Shown: one piece after another, positions 8,584-17,215 of the stretch
Numbering within the stretch: position 1 is the first letter of the stretch
Layout: every line of letters begins with the position of its first letter
Source: Candidatus Peribacteraceae bacterium
Lineage (GTDB): Bacteria; Patescibacteriota; Gracilibacteria; Peribacterales; Peribacteraceae
Reading direction: 5' to 3'
DNA: 64,000 bases
NCBI GenBank assembly: GCA_041661065.1
Contig: JBAZVD010000001.1
Span: forward strand, 441,417-505,416
Program-made: the position numbers and the translations under genes
Notes under the pieces: model-generated
Seen by the model: the letters and a program-made list of their open reading frames with translations, nothing else
The model's database searches: none
Told to the model about the DNA's origin: nothing

Positions 8584-8601
8584 CCTTCCCTCCCTATTAC
8601 T

Positions 8602-9537
8602 ATGAGACGCTCCACTGCCGCCGCAACCGGACTGCTCACCCTCACCTTGCTCCTCACAGCCTGCCAGTCCCCCTTCCAATCGTCCGTTTTCCCGGAGGGA
8701 GACGGTGCCTCTTCTTCGGAGGAGGTGTTGGAACTCATGCCGGCGGAGGAAGTGACGTACCAGGGGACGGTCCAGGCGCTTCCCGCGGGATCTTCCCTCG
8801 AGGAAGCCACGCACCGGCTCGCGCTGGGAGAGGGGCTCTACCTCTACCTGCGCAGCGACACGGTGGACCTGGATGAGTATGTGGATCAGGAAGTGCGCGC
8901 GAAAGGTGTGGTGCGGTCAACGGTGGAAGGCGATGCGGACATGATGCGCGTCTCCTACATGGAGACCATCCTCTCGGATGCCTCATCCTCATCGTCGGAA
9001 AGCGAGAGCTCTTCCTCCCAAGAATCTTCTTCGCAAGTATCATCCGAACCCATACCTGCATCGTCTTCCGTCCGCAGCGTCGTTTCGAGCAGCGCGGCGT
9101 CGGTCGCCGTCCAACAGAGCAGCGCCTCTTCCGCCTCTTCCCTTTCGGACCAGGAGAAGACGATGGCGAAAGCGGGAACGGACGCGGGCTTGTGGACACA
9201 GAAATATTGCTCCACGCACATCGGCTTCTGCATCCCGGTGTACAAGAACTGGTGGTACAAATCCTTCGGGGCTACGGATGCGTCGCTCTGGCACGTGGAG
9301 CTGAGCACGCAGGAGATCGAGAATATGGGGGAAGGTGTCATAGCGCTGGACTTTGAGAGCGGCCCCCTGCCGTCCGGAGGTACGGACGGCGCCGTGCAGG
9401 ACGCTGATGGCGGCGTCGTGGGGTACCGCGCCTGGACGAACGGCCGGCACTTCCGGATCACCGCGCCGTCGTCGCTGCGCTCATCCGTCCGATACATCAC
9501 CGAGAACCTTACGACGTACGAAGTTCCCACGGAATAA
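8602..9537 (+). CDS. Lipoprotein, function unknown (Ser-rich linker plus a C-terminal globular domain)
   Basis: Lipobox 'LLTLTLLLTAC', a poly-Ser/Glu linker, and an unassigned C-terminal domain. Confidence 0.6.
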   Translation: MRRSTAAATGLLTLTLLLTACQSPFQSSVFPEGDGASSSEEVLELMPAEEVTYQGTVQALPAGSSLEEATHRLALGEGLYLYLRSDTVDLDEYVDQEVRAKGVVRSTVEGDADMMRVSYMETILSDASSSSSESESSSSQESSSQVSSEPIPASSSVRSVVSSSAASVAVQQSSASSASSLSDQEKTMAKAGTDAGLWTQKYCSTHIGFCIPVYKNWWYKSFGATDASLWHVELSTQEIENMGEGVIALDFESGPLPSGGTDGAVQDADGGVVGYRAWTNGRHFRITAPSSLRSSVRYITENLTTYEVPTE

Positions 9538-9555
9538 TTCTTTCTCCTCGCTTGT

Positions 9556-10014
9556 ATGGGCAGTGATGGAGATGCCACAGCCGTCCCCCCCGTTCCCCCT
9601 TCCGGCGCGAAGGAAGGGGCGAAGAAAGCATCCTGGCTCGTGACGCAGGATGAGAAGGATGATAAAGGCCCGGAGCGGTTGCAGGAAATCCTCACGGAGG
9701 CGCCGACGTCTTCCGCCGTGCGATACGCGCCCCTGCTGGACACCTTGCGCTTGTACGCGGGGTGGCTGTTGGCCTGGTACTTTATGATCTACGCGCTCGC
9801 GGGGTACCAAGTGACGCGTCCCCTCCCCTTCCGTCTGTCGCTCTTGGATGATTTCATCGGCTCCGCGCTCGTGGCGCAGATCTCCGCGGTCCTTTTCCTC
9901 TTTCTCCTGCTCACGTCTCTGCATCGTGCGGTGCGCGGAAAGAACCTCTTTGGTATCCTTCTGACCTTATTGGGGTTGATAGGTATCCTGTTATTTTCGA
10001 TGAATATAAGATGA
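9556..10014 (+). CDS. Hypothetical integral membrane protein
   Basis: 152 aa with three or four hydrophobic helices in the C-terminal two thirds. No recognisable motif. Confidence 0.5.
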   Translation: MGSDGDATAVPPVPPSGAKEGAKKASWLVTQDEKDDKGPERLQEILTEAPTSSAVRYAPLLDTLRLYAGWLLAWYFMIYALAGYQVTRPLPFRLSLLDDFIGSALVAQISAVLFLFLLLTSLHRAVRGKNLFGILLTLLGLIGILLFSMNIR

Positions 10015-10032
10015 CATGAAGCGCTTCTTTTT

Positions 10033-10956
10033 ATGATTCTTGCAGCTGGACTTACCCCCTCATGGCAGCAGATCTGTGTCTTGGATGATTTTCAGCCAGG
10101 CGAGGTAAACCGCGCTCAGCAGGTTCTTTGGTGCGCTTCAGCAAAGGTGTGCAATGTTGGCATAGCCATACAACATTTAGGCGGCTCTGTTCTGCTGCTT
10201 GCTCCGATTGGAGGAGTGGCGGCAAATGCCATACAGAAGGAACTGGATGTACTTGAGGTTCCTCATCGTCTTATTCCGACGAAATCCCCTACTCGCGTCT
10301 GTACGACCATTTTGGATCGTAAATCCGGAGTGACCACAGAGGTGGTTGAGAATGCCTATCCATTATTACCGTTTGAAGTCGAGGCATTTCGATCTGCCTA
10401 TTTCGAAGAAGCGCAGAAAGCGAAAATCATTGTTCTGTCAGGTTCTCTTCCGGAGGGAACAACCAAGACATTCTATCGTGATCTGGCTATGAACACTCGA
10501 TGCCCCCTGGTCTTGGATTGTAGGGGGCCTGAGCTTCTCGAAGCTCTCGGCTCCAAGCCATTTGTTGTTAAACCGAATCGCGATGAGTTGGGTATGACCG
10601 TCGGTCATCACTTGAACAGTGAAAATGATGTACTTGCAGCGATGCGAATGCTCAATGAACGTGGGGCACAATGGGTTGTAGTCACGCACGGGTCTCATCC
10701 GGTCTTGGTAAGTTCGTTAACAGGTGTGTACCGTCTCTCGACGCTACCCGTTGCCAATATGATGAATCCCATTGGTTCCGGCGATGCTTTGGCAGCAACC
10801 ATCGCATGGGGTGCTACTGAAGGACACTCGTTGATCGAGTCAATTCGCTTTGGAATAGCAGCAGCGGCACAAAACGTCAGCCAGCTTCTGCCCTGCAGGA
10901 TCAATCCGGTCTTGCTGGAGGCACAAGCAGCGCTTGTAAATGTAGAGCGGCTGTGA
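10033..10956 (+). CDS. PfkB-family carbohydrate kinase (1-phosphofructokinase / tagatose-6-P kinase-like)
   Basis: 'AKVCNVGIAIQHLGG' is a GKG-x-NV-like motif. 'VKPNRDEL' and the C-terminal 'NPIGSGDALAATIAWG' anion-hole motif are present. Composition is more AT-rich than the flanks. Confidence 0.85.
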   Translation: MILAAGLTPSWQQICVLDDFQPGEVNRAQQVLWCASAKVCNVGIAIQHLGGSVLLLAPIGGVAANAIQKELDVLEVPHRLIPTKSPTRVCTTILDRKSGVTTEVVENAYPLLPFEVEAFRSAYFEEAQKAKIIVLSGSLPEGTTKTFYRDLAMNTRCPLVLDCRGPELLEALGSKPFVVKPNRDELGMTVGHHLNSENDVLAAMRMLNERGAQWVVVTHGSHPVLVSSLTGVYRLSTLPVANMMNPIGSGDALAATIAWGATEGHSLIESIRFGIAAAAQNVSQLLPCRINPVLLEAQAALVNVERL

Positions 10957-10974
10957 AGGTGCGTCAGTGACAGA

Positions 10975-11634
10975 TCACAGACCTAATTGCTTCCGAATGT
11001 CATCCACCTGGGACTCCTCCTCCTTTTTTACGTCCTTCTGTTTCATGATGGAGATCAGGTCCTTCCAATCTTCCGTGTGCTTCTGCTCCAGTTTCATGAG
11101 CTGGAGGAGGTGCTTGGGGCTGAGCTCGGAAAACTTCTGCTTCTCCTCGGAAAGGATCTTCTGCAGTTCGTCGATCTGGAACTGGCTCAACTTGGGGATG
11201 GCTTGGATGATGCGCCACTTCTCGTCCCGTGTCAGGGAGATGCTTCCCCGGAGCAGCGTGAGAAACTTCTGTTCGTCGAAGTTCGTTTCCGCATGCGCGG
11301 GGACAATGACCCCCTCGTTCGTGAGGCCGGTAGCGACGCTGCCGAAGCGGTAGTTCCCCACCTGCGCGAGGATCTTGAGGTCCTCATCGTCGTATCCCAT
11401 CTCCTTCGTCGCTTGGACGCCGGGAGGGGGGGGTGGAGGGCTCGTGTCCTTGGGCGGAGGCGGAAGGGGGGTGGAACCTTGCCCTTGCGGTTGTACGGCG
11501 GCAGCTCCGGCCGGAGGTGCCGGCGGTCCGGGAGGGGCGGAGAACACTTGGGTGGGGTCCAGCCCGCCTTCCGGTACGGAATCACCGGGACGGGGAGGGG
11601 GGGGTGGCTGGGGAGGGTTCGTCTGGTCCGCCAT
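10975..11634 (-). CDS. Hypothetical protein with a roughly 75-aa proline-rich N-terminus and a charged helical C-terminal domain
   Basis: 'MADQTNPPQPPPPPRPG...PLPPPPKDTSPPPPPPG' followed by a conserved-looking domain. No signal peptide. Confidence 0.6.
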   Translation of the reverse strand: MADQTNPPQPPPPPRPGDSVPEGGLDPTQVFSAPPGPPAPPAGAAAVQPQGQGSTPLPPPPKDTSPPPPPPGVQATKEMGYDDEDLKILAQVGNYRFGSVATGLTNEGVIVPAHAETNFDEQKFLTLLRGSISLTRDEKWRIIQAIPKLSQFQIDELQKILSEEKQKFSELSPKHLLQLMKLEQKHTEDWKDLISIMKQKDVKKEEESQVDDIRKQLGL

Positions 11635-11696
11635 GGGGAATGGGGAAAACGGCCAAAATAGTGTACCAGCGGGGATTTAGGGATGAAAGGTGATTA

Positions 11697-11743
11697 TTCA
11701 AGAGGAAAACCCCCGCCGAGGAGAGCCCGTACAGCGGGGGTTT
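11697..11743 (-). terminator. Rho-independent terminator (GC stem plus T-rich tail on the minus strand)
   Basis: Stem aaacccccgc (11707-11716) pairs with gcgggggttt (11734-11743). The minus-strand tail reads tttcctctt. Confidence 0.6.
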
Positions 11744-11759
11744 GAAACCCGTACCCGGA

Positions 11760-11978
11760 TCATGATGCAAACGCTTCAGGAGCGTTGCGCCGAACTGCCG
11801 CCGACGTGATCGTTGTCCGGTCCTGGAGAAGCTCAGCGATGGCTTGCCGATCGCCTTCCGCGGCATAGAGGCCGTCCGGTCTCACCTTGAGGGAAACACC
11901 GCGGGGAATTTCCTGCTGGTTCACCAAGACATACGATTCCGAGTCGGCATCGACTTGAACGGGAAGCAAATTGACCAT
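11760..11978 (-). CDS. Hypothetical small protein (72 aa)
   Basis: An ORF only. It is followed by the 11697-11743 terminator. There is no Shine-Dalgarno sequence and no recognisable motif. Confidence 0.35.
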   Translation of the reverse strand: MVNLLPVQVDADSESYVLVNQQEIPRGVSLKVRPDGLYAAEGDRQAIAELLQDRTTITSAAVRRNAPEAFAS

Positions 11979-12181
11979 AAAGGAGGGGAGAAAAGGGATA
12001 AGAAAGAAAACACCGCGTCTCTGCGAGGGTGGGTTCCGTGAGCGGGAGAGTTAGCACTGACTCACGGCCGCCTCGCAGGAGGGGCGCATCATCATTGCCA
12101 TAGCCATGACTGCGAGGAGGAAGATGACTAGCACGCGGGTATGGTAGGGACGCCGCGGGTGAAGTCAACTTAGACCGGATG

Positions 12182-12253
12182 AGAATCAAGAATTATGAGT
12201 TAAGAATCAGGAAAACACGTTCTCATGAATCATGATTCTTAATTCTTGATTCT
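12182..12253. repeat. Long AT-rich, low-complexity imperfect hairpin immediately 3' of recG
   Basis: Left arm 'agaatcaagaattatgagttaagaatca' and right arm 'tgattcttaattcttgattct'. The 13-mer attcttaattctt recurs at 16490-16502. Confidence 0.6.
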
Positions 12254-12267
12254 ACATTCATACTTCT

Positions 12268-14325
12268 TTAAAGGGCGGGACGAACCGGCGGCTGTTCCGA
12301 CTCGAACAAGGCCTTCTCCACCGCGCGGCGGGCGCGGGCGATCAGTTCCGGTTTGAGGAGGTTCTGCAGGAAGGATTCCGGGATGCCGCTCTGGCGCGTG
12401 CCGAAGATCTCGCCGGGGCCGCGGAGACGCAGGTCCATCTCCGCCAGCATGAAGCCGGAGTCGTACTTCTCCATCGCCTTCAGGCGGGGGGAGTGCGCCT
12501 GCGTCTGTTGCGTGGTGAACAGGAAGCAGTGGCTCTTGTGATCGCCGCGCCCCACGCGCCCCCGCAACTGGTGCAGCTGCGAAAGGCCGAAGCGTTCCGC
12601 GCCTTCGATGAGGATGATGGTGGCGTTGGGGACGTCGATCCCCACTTCGATGACGGACGTGGAAACGAGGATGTCGGATTTCTTGTCCCGGAAGTCCTTC
12701 ATGATCGACTGTTTCTCCTGCGGCGACAGCTTGCCGTGGAGCATGCTGATGCGTCGGCGGGGGAAGGCCTCGCGCAACCGCTTCGATTCCTGCTCCACGT
12801 TGCGTACGTCGTCCAGCTCCTCGCTCTCGGTGATGAGGGGGCAGATGACGAACGCCTGCCTCCCCTCGTCGATCTCGTGGTCGATGAACTTCTCTATCAC
12901 GTGGCGGTCGCTCGGCGCCACCACCTTGGTATGGATCGGCTGGCGGCGTCCCGGCTTCTCCAGAAGCACGGAAAGGTCGTGGTCACCGTAGGCCGTGAGG
13001 GCGAGCGTGCGGGGAATGGGCGTGGCGGTCATGGAGAGGAAGTGCGGGCTCCCCTTCTCCCGCAGTCGCTCGCGCTGCACCACGCCGAAGCGGTGCTGCT
13101 CATCCACGATCACGAGCCGCAGGTCCTTGAACCGCACCGTCTCCTCGATGAGCGCGTGCGTGCCGATGACGATGTCCACCAGGCCGGAGGCCAATCCCCT
13201 CTTCATCGCATCCGCTTCCGCGCGCGGCGTGGAACCCGTGAGGAGCGTGACCGTGGGGAGGCGGAAGCGGTCCTTGGGGTACGCGGCTTGCGTTTGCAGG
13301 AACGAGTGGAAGTTGAGGAGGAGGCGGGAGATGCCTTCCGCGTGCTGGCGCGCCAGCACTTCGGTGGGGACCATGAGCGCGCATTGGCCGCCGTGGCGCA
13401 CGGCATTGGCTATCACGCAGACGGCCACGAGCGTTTTCCCCGACCCAACGTCTCCTTCCAGCAGGCGCGACATGGGCACGTCCTTCTCCATGTCCCGCAG
13501 GATTTCGTAGATGGCGATCTTCTGACTCGCCGTCGGCGTAAACTTGAGCGAGGCGAAGAGCGCCCGGATGAGTTCGATGTCCATGGGGGTGCGCAGGCGG
13601 TCCTGCACGGCGCCCTGCCATGCCTTCTTCCTCTCCAGTGCCTGTCGTTGCATCTCGTACATCTGCTCGAATGCAAAACGTTCCATCGCCTGTTCCACTT
13701 GTTCCGGCGTTTGCGGGAAGTGAAGGGAACGAACCATCTCCTTGCGCGGTACCAGCTTCTCCTCCCGTACCACGTCTGGTGGCAGCGTCTCCGGAATCCG
13801 TTCAATGGCGTCCTTCACCAGCATCATCTTCTCCCGCAGCCACTTGGTGTTGATAAAATCGTGCTGGGGGTAGATGGGTACGAGACGGCCGCTGTGCACG
13901 AGCGGTTTCGCCCCTTCCTTCTCAAACTGCGGGCTCTGGAACACCACCTTCGAACCGCGGATGGCGAGCTTGCCCGTGAGCACCACGTCCGCGCCTTCCT
14001 CCAGCATGCGCTTGATGTGCGGCTGGTTGAACCATACGACGTCCGCCAGGGTCCCGTCCGTATCCATGAACTTCGCCGTCACCATCTGCTTCCCTCCGCG
14101 GATACGCACCAGCTTGATGTGGTCCACCGTGCCGCGGATCGTCACCTTTTGGTCGAGCGGCGCACCGGTGATGGTCTCCATGCGGCTCAGGTCCTCATGG
14201 GCGCGCGGAAGGTACAGGAGGAGGTCTTCCACTGTGAGCAAACCCATCCCCTCCAAGGCCTTGATGTGATCCTTGGTGGTGCGGAGGACGGCCGAGAGCG
14301 GGGTGGAAAGCTGCAGTGGCGGCAT
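12268..14325 (-). CDS. recG: ATP-dependent DNA helicase RecG
   Basis: Start at M161 of the 845-aa ORF ('MPPLQLSTPL...'). Wedge region is present. Walker A is 'GDVGSGKT', followed by 'DEQHRFGV', and helicase C motifs 'QLHQLRGRVGRG'. Confidence 0.92.
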   Translation of the reverse strand: MPPLQLSTPLSAVLRTTKDHIKALEGMGLLTVEDLLLYLPRAHEDLSRMETITGAPLDQKVTIRGTVDHIKLVRIRGGKQMVTAKFMDTDGTLADVVWFNQPHIKRMLEEGADVVLTGKLAIRGSKVVFQSPQFEKEGAKPLVHSGRLVPIYPQHDFINTKWLREKMMLVKDAIERIPETLPPDVVREEKLVPRKEMVRSLHFPQTPEQVEQAMERFAFEQMYEMQRQALERKKAWQGAVQDRLRTPMDIELIRALFASLKFTPTASQKIAIYEILRDMEKDVPMSRLLEGDVGSGKTLVAVCVIANAVRHGGQCALMVPTEVLARQHAEGISRLLLNFHSFLQTQAAYPKDRFRLPTVTLLTGSTPRAEADAMKRGLASGLVDIVIGTHALIEETVRFKDLRLVIVDEQHRFGVVQRERLREKGSPHFLSMTATPIPRTLALTAYGDHDLSVLLEKPGRRQPIHTKVVAPSDRHVIEKFIDHEIDEGRQAFVICPLITESEELDDVRNVEQESKRLREAFPRRRISMLHGKLSPQEKQSIMKDFRDKKSDILVSTSVIEVGIDVPNATIILIEGAERFGLSQLHQLRGRVGRGDHKSHCFLFTTQQTQAHSPRLKAMEKYDSGFMLAEMDLRLRGPGEIFGTRQSGIPESFLQNLLKPELIARARRAVEKALFESEQPPVRPAL

Positions 14326-14388
14326 GATGTGACGATGGGAGTATACAACGGGCGGGCGTACCCTTCCCCTCTCCCGTATACTATTCCC

Positions 14389-14781
14389 ATGAATATTCAC
14401 CCACCCTCCAGGACCACATTGATCGTGTCCGGATTCACCCTTCTCGTTGTAACCGTGATCCTCCTGCGCCTGCCGCAGAAAGCTTCGGCTCCTGCGAGCG
14501 ACCGACCCCCCAAGTCCTATACCATCGAAATCTGGGAGAACGGCTTCTTCCCCGCGAAGGCCGTGGTGCCCAAGAACACCAGTGTTTGCTGGCTGAACAA
14601 AGATTCCAAAGAGCACTTCCCCTCCGCAGACCCTTCCGTTTCCTCCTTTGCGTTCAGCCCGGAGGGCGCTCTGCAACCCGGTGGCATGTGGTGCTTCCCC
14701 TTCTCCTTGCCCGGCGTTTGGTCCTATGGCGACAAAAGCGACGGCGCGCTCAAGGGAAGCCTTACCGTGACCGAAGGATAG
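14389..14781 (+). CDS. Membrane-anchored cupredoxin-like small protein
   Basis: It is hidden in the tail of the spurious 12493..14781 ORF. The ATG at 14389 is in frame. Sequence runs 'MNIHPPSRTTLIVSGFTLLVVTVILL' (TM), then 'YTIEIWENGFFPAKAVVPKNTSVCWLNKD...GSLTVTE' (beta-sandwich pattern). It is divergent from recG. Confidence 0.6.
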   Translation: MNIHPPSRTTLIVSGFTLLVVTVILLRLPQKASAPASDRPPKSYTIEIWENGFFPAKAVVPKNTSVCWLNKDSKEHFPSADPSVSSFAFSPEGALQPGGMWCFPFSLPGVWSYGDKSDGALKGSLTVTEG

Positions 14782-14942
14782 GGCACACCATATATAGCAC
14801 AACATAGCTACAAAATAGCCAGTTCAATGGAACTCAGCGTTTCTGCAGTGGAACAGGCGTGCTTGGACTGTCTGGAACGGGAAGGGAGAGAAATGAACAG
14901 GAAGGATACGGAATGGAGGTTCGGGAATGGTAGAATGGGGTT

Positions 14943-15332
14943 ATGGCAGATTTAGCTTCCCTCTACGACGAACATAAGGACCTCCCGGAAGACAAGCAGA
15001 AGAAAGCGGGAAAAGCTCCTGCCGGACGCATGGGCGATGAGCACACGGACTTCGTGAAGACTGTTTCGCGGATGATCACCGAGGGCGAGATCAACGTCTT
15101 CGAAATCAGCACGCTCTACAACCCCGGCGCCTACGATACGCTCAAGCAGGAAGACCGGGAGCAGGTGGATTTCCAGATGGTGAACATCGCCTCTCTGCTT
15201 CGCCACATCGCGGACTTCTATCTCTCCAAGCAGACGCCGGATTCAAGCCCGCAGCTGGAGCAGATGGTGGAGGAGTTGTGGCAGATGAAGGCGAGGCTGG
15301 AGGAGAAGTATGGAGATATACTGAAATTCTAG
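14943..15332 (+). CDS. Hypothetical protein
   Basis: 129-aa ORF with coding-like composition. An extended -10 (TGgTAGAAT, 14928-14936) sits just upstream. Confidence 0.6.
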   Translation: MADLASLYDEHKDLPEDKQKKAGKAPAGRMGDEHTDFVKTVSRMITEGEINVFEISTLYNPGAYDTLKQEDREQVDFQMVNIASLLRHIADFYLSKQTPDSSPQLEQMVEELWQMKARLEEKYGDILKF

Positions 15333-15339
15333 AATCAGT

Positions 15340-15422
15340 CGTATGACGTATTACGTATCACGTATACCGTATGGGATGCGTCTTCTTTCATACGTAATAC
15401 GTACTATTTCATACGAAATACG
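15340..15422. repeat. Long low-complexity hairpin between convergent genes (likely bidirectional terminator)
   Basis: Arms are built from 'cgtat/acgta' words. 'acgtattacgtat' (15346-15358) pairs with 'atacgtaatacgt' (15390-15402). Confidence 0.55.
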
Positions 15423-15433
15423 GCAAAAAGGCA

Positions 15434-16393
15434 TCAATGACGAATCCACCGAATCCTCTGATCCTTCCCCCACCACGTCATCTGCCTTTTTGCGTACTGG
15501 CGCGTGCGCGTCACGATCAGTTCTTCCAGCTCGTCCTTCTCCATCTCCCCCCGCAAGTACGCCATGATCTCACGGTAGCCTTCGCTCTTCATCCCGGGGT
15601 CGGCGGGAAGACATCCGCGGTCCAGGAGCCCTTCCACTTCCTCAATCCACCCGCGTTCCAGCATCAGTTTCGTCCGTGCCCTGATGCGCGCGTTGAGTGC
15701 GTCGCGGTCCCATTCCATCCCGTACATGAGAAGATTGTACGGAGACATCCCCTTCTTCTTCACGGCGGACGGCTTCTTCCCCGAGGCCAACAGTTCCGCC
15801 GCGCGGATCACGTACGGCTTGTTGCGGCGGTGGAAGGACTTTGCCGTGGCGGGATCCTCCTCTTCGATTCTCTTGTAGAGAGATGCGCCATTGTCGCGTT
15901 CGTACTCTTCTTCCCTGGCACGTCGAATGGAGGGAGCCGCGGGTGCAACGAACTGCAGGTCATCCACCACGGCGCTGATGTACAACATGGAGCCGCCCAC
16001 GAGGAGCGGAACGTTCTTCCTCCCCACAATCTCCGCGATGGTCTTTTGCGCGCGCGCCTTGTACCACGCGGCGGTGAGTTGATCCTTCGGGTCCAGAACA
16101 TCTATCAAGTGGTGCGGGATGCCTTGCATCTCTTCCGCCATCGTCTTCGCCGTCCCGATATCCAGGTGCTTGTACAATTGCCGCGAATCGGCGTTGATGA
16201 TTTCCGCCCCTTTCCACTCCCCTTTTTCAAAAGCCGGCGCTGTCGTAATCACCTGCGCAAGATCCACCGCGAACGACGTCTTGTTCCCGGCCGTAGGGCC
16301 GAGAATGACGATCAGTGGCCGTTCCGAGAGGCTCAAGTGCCGCAGGGTTTCTGCGCGGACGTGAAGGTCAATCAAAGATGACATCACCTCCAT
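15434..16393 (-). CDS. miaA: tRNA dimethylallyltransferase
   Basis: P-loop 'ILGPTAGNKTS', with 'IINADSRQLYKHLDIGTAK', 'PHHLID' and 'GGSMLY'. Confidence 0.9.
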   Translation of the reverse strand: MEVMSSLIDLHVRAETLRHLSLSERPLIVILGPTAGNKTSFAVDLAQVITTAPAFEKGEWKGAEIINADSRQLYKHLDIGTAKTMAEEMQGIPHHLIDVLDPKDQLTAAWYKARAQKTIAEIVGRKNVPLLVGGSMLYISAVVDDLQFVAPAAPSIRRAREEEYERDNGASLYKRIEEEDPATAKSFHRRNKPYVIRAAELLASGKKPSAVKKKGMSPYNLLMYGMEWDRDALNARIRARTKLMLERGWIEEVEGLLDRGCLPADPGMKSEGYREIMAYLRGEMEKDELEELIVTRTRQYAKRQMTWWGKDQRIRWIRH

Positions 16394-16516
16394 TAGACCA
16401 CATTCAAAAGGCGATGAACACTATGCCCTGAAGCCTAAAAGTAGTATCATATTCCTGAAGGTTTTCGCTTTTCCATCATTCATAATTCTCTATTCTTAAT
16501 TCTTCATTCCCGCCCC

Positions 16517-17167
16517 ATGCATCCCCAAATCCAGTTTGTCGCTTCGAAACTCGCCAGGTCAGGTTATTCCCTTGAAAACTTCATTGTCCCTACGGTCATA
16601 GAGAAGACGCAGTTCGGCGAGCGCGTGTACGACATCTACTCGCGCCTTCTGGAGGACCGCGTGGTGTTCCTCGGAACGCCCATCAACGACGATGTGGCCA
16701 ACGCCATCATCGCGCAGCTCCTCTTCCTGGAGAAGCAGGATCCCAAGAAGGACATCATCCTCTACGTCAATTCCCCGGGCGGGCAGGTCACCTCCACCCT
16801 CGCCATGTACGACACCATGCAGTACGTGCAGCCGGATATTTCCACGGTCTGTCTCGGCATGGCCGCGTCCGGCGGCGCCGTGATCCTCATGGGCGGCTCC
16901 AAGGGAAAGCGCTTCGCGCTCCCGCATGCGGAGATCATGATCCACCAACCGCTCGGGGGCACGGAAGGGCAGGCGACGGACATCGCCATCCACGCCGAAC
17001 ACATCATCAACACGAAGAACCTCCTCAATGACCTCATTGCGCAGCACTCGGGGAAGAAGATCGAGCAGGTGAAAGTGGATACCGAGCGCGACAAGTTCAT
17101 GAGCGCGCAGGAGGCTTTGGAGTACGGGTTGATTGACAAGATCATTGCGAAAATCACCCAGAAATGA
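16517..17167 (+). CDS. clpP: ATP-dependent Clp protease proteolytic subunit
   Basis: '[25 protein letters not shown]', 'YVNSPGGQV', the catalytic Ser in 'GMAASGG', and 'IMIHQPLGG'. Confidence 0.93.
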   Translation: MHPQIQFVASKLARSGYSLENFIVPTVIEKTQFGERVYDIYSRLLEDRVVFLGTPINDDVANAIIAQLLFLEKQDPKKDIILYVNSPGGQVTSTLAMYDTMQYVQPDISTVCLGMAASGGAVILMGGSKGKRFALPHAEIMIHQPLGGTEGQATDIAIHAEHIINTKNLLNDLIAQHSGKKIEQVKVDTERDKFMSAQEALEYGLIDKIIAKITQK

Positions 17168-17215
17168 GTGCACTGACGCATTGACAGGAGATGCATTCGG
17201 TCGTATTGATCATGC

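Noticed and set aside
11640-12268. Search for tmRNA, RNase P RNA, SRP RNA or 6S RNA in the long recG-downstream gap
   Set aside because: I could find no GAGGAAAGUCC-type P4 motif, no tRNA-like 3' end with TCCACCA, and no SRP domain-IV GGAA/AGCA motifs. Only generic hairpins are present, and these are reported separately at low interest.
12493-14388. The first roughly 630 codons of the 762-aa plus-strand ORF
   Set aside because: This part is antisense to recG and has no motifs. Only the terminal 130 codons, outside recG, are considered real.
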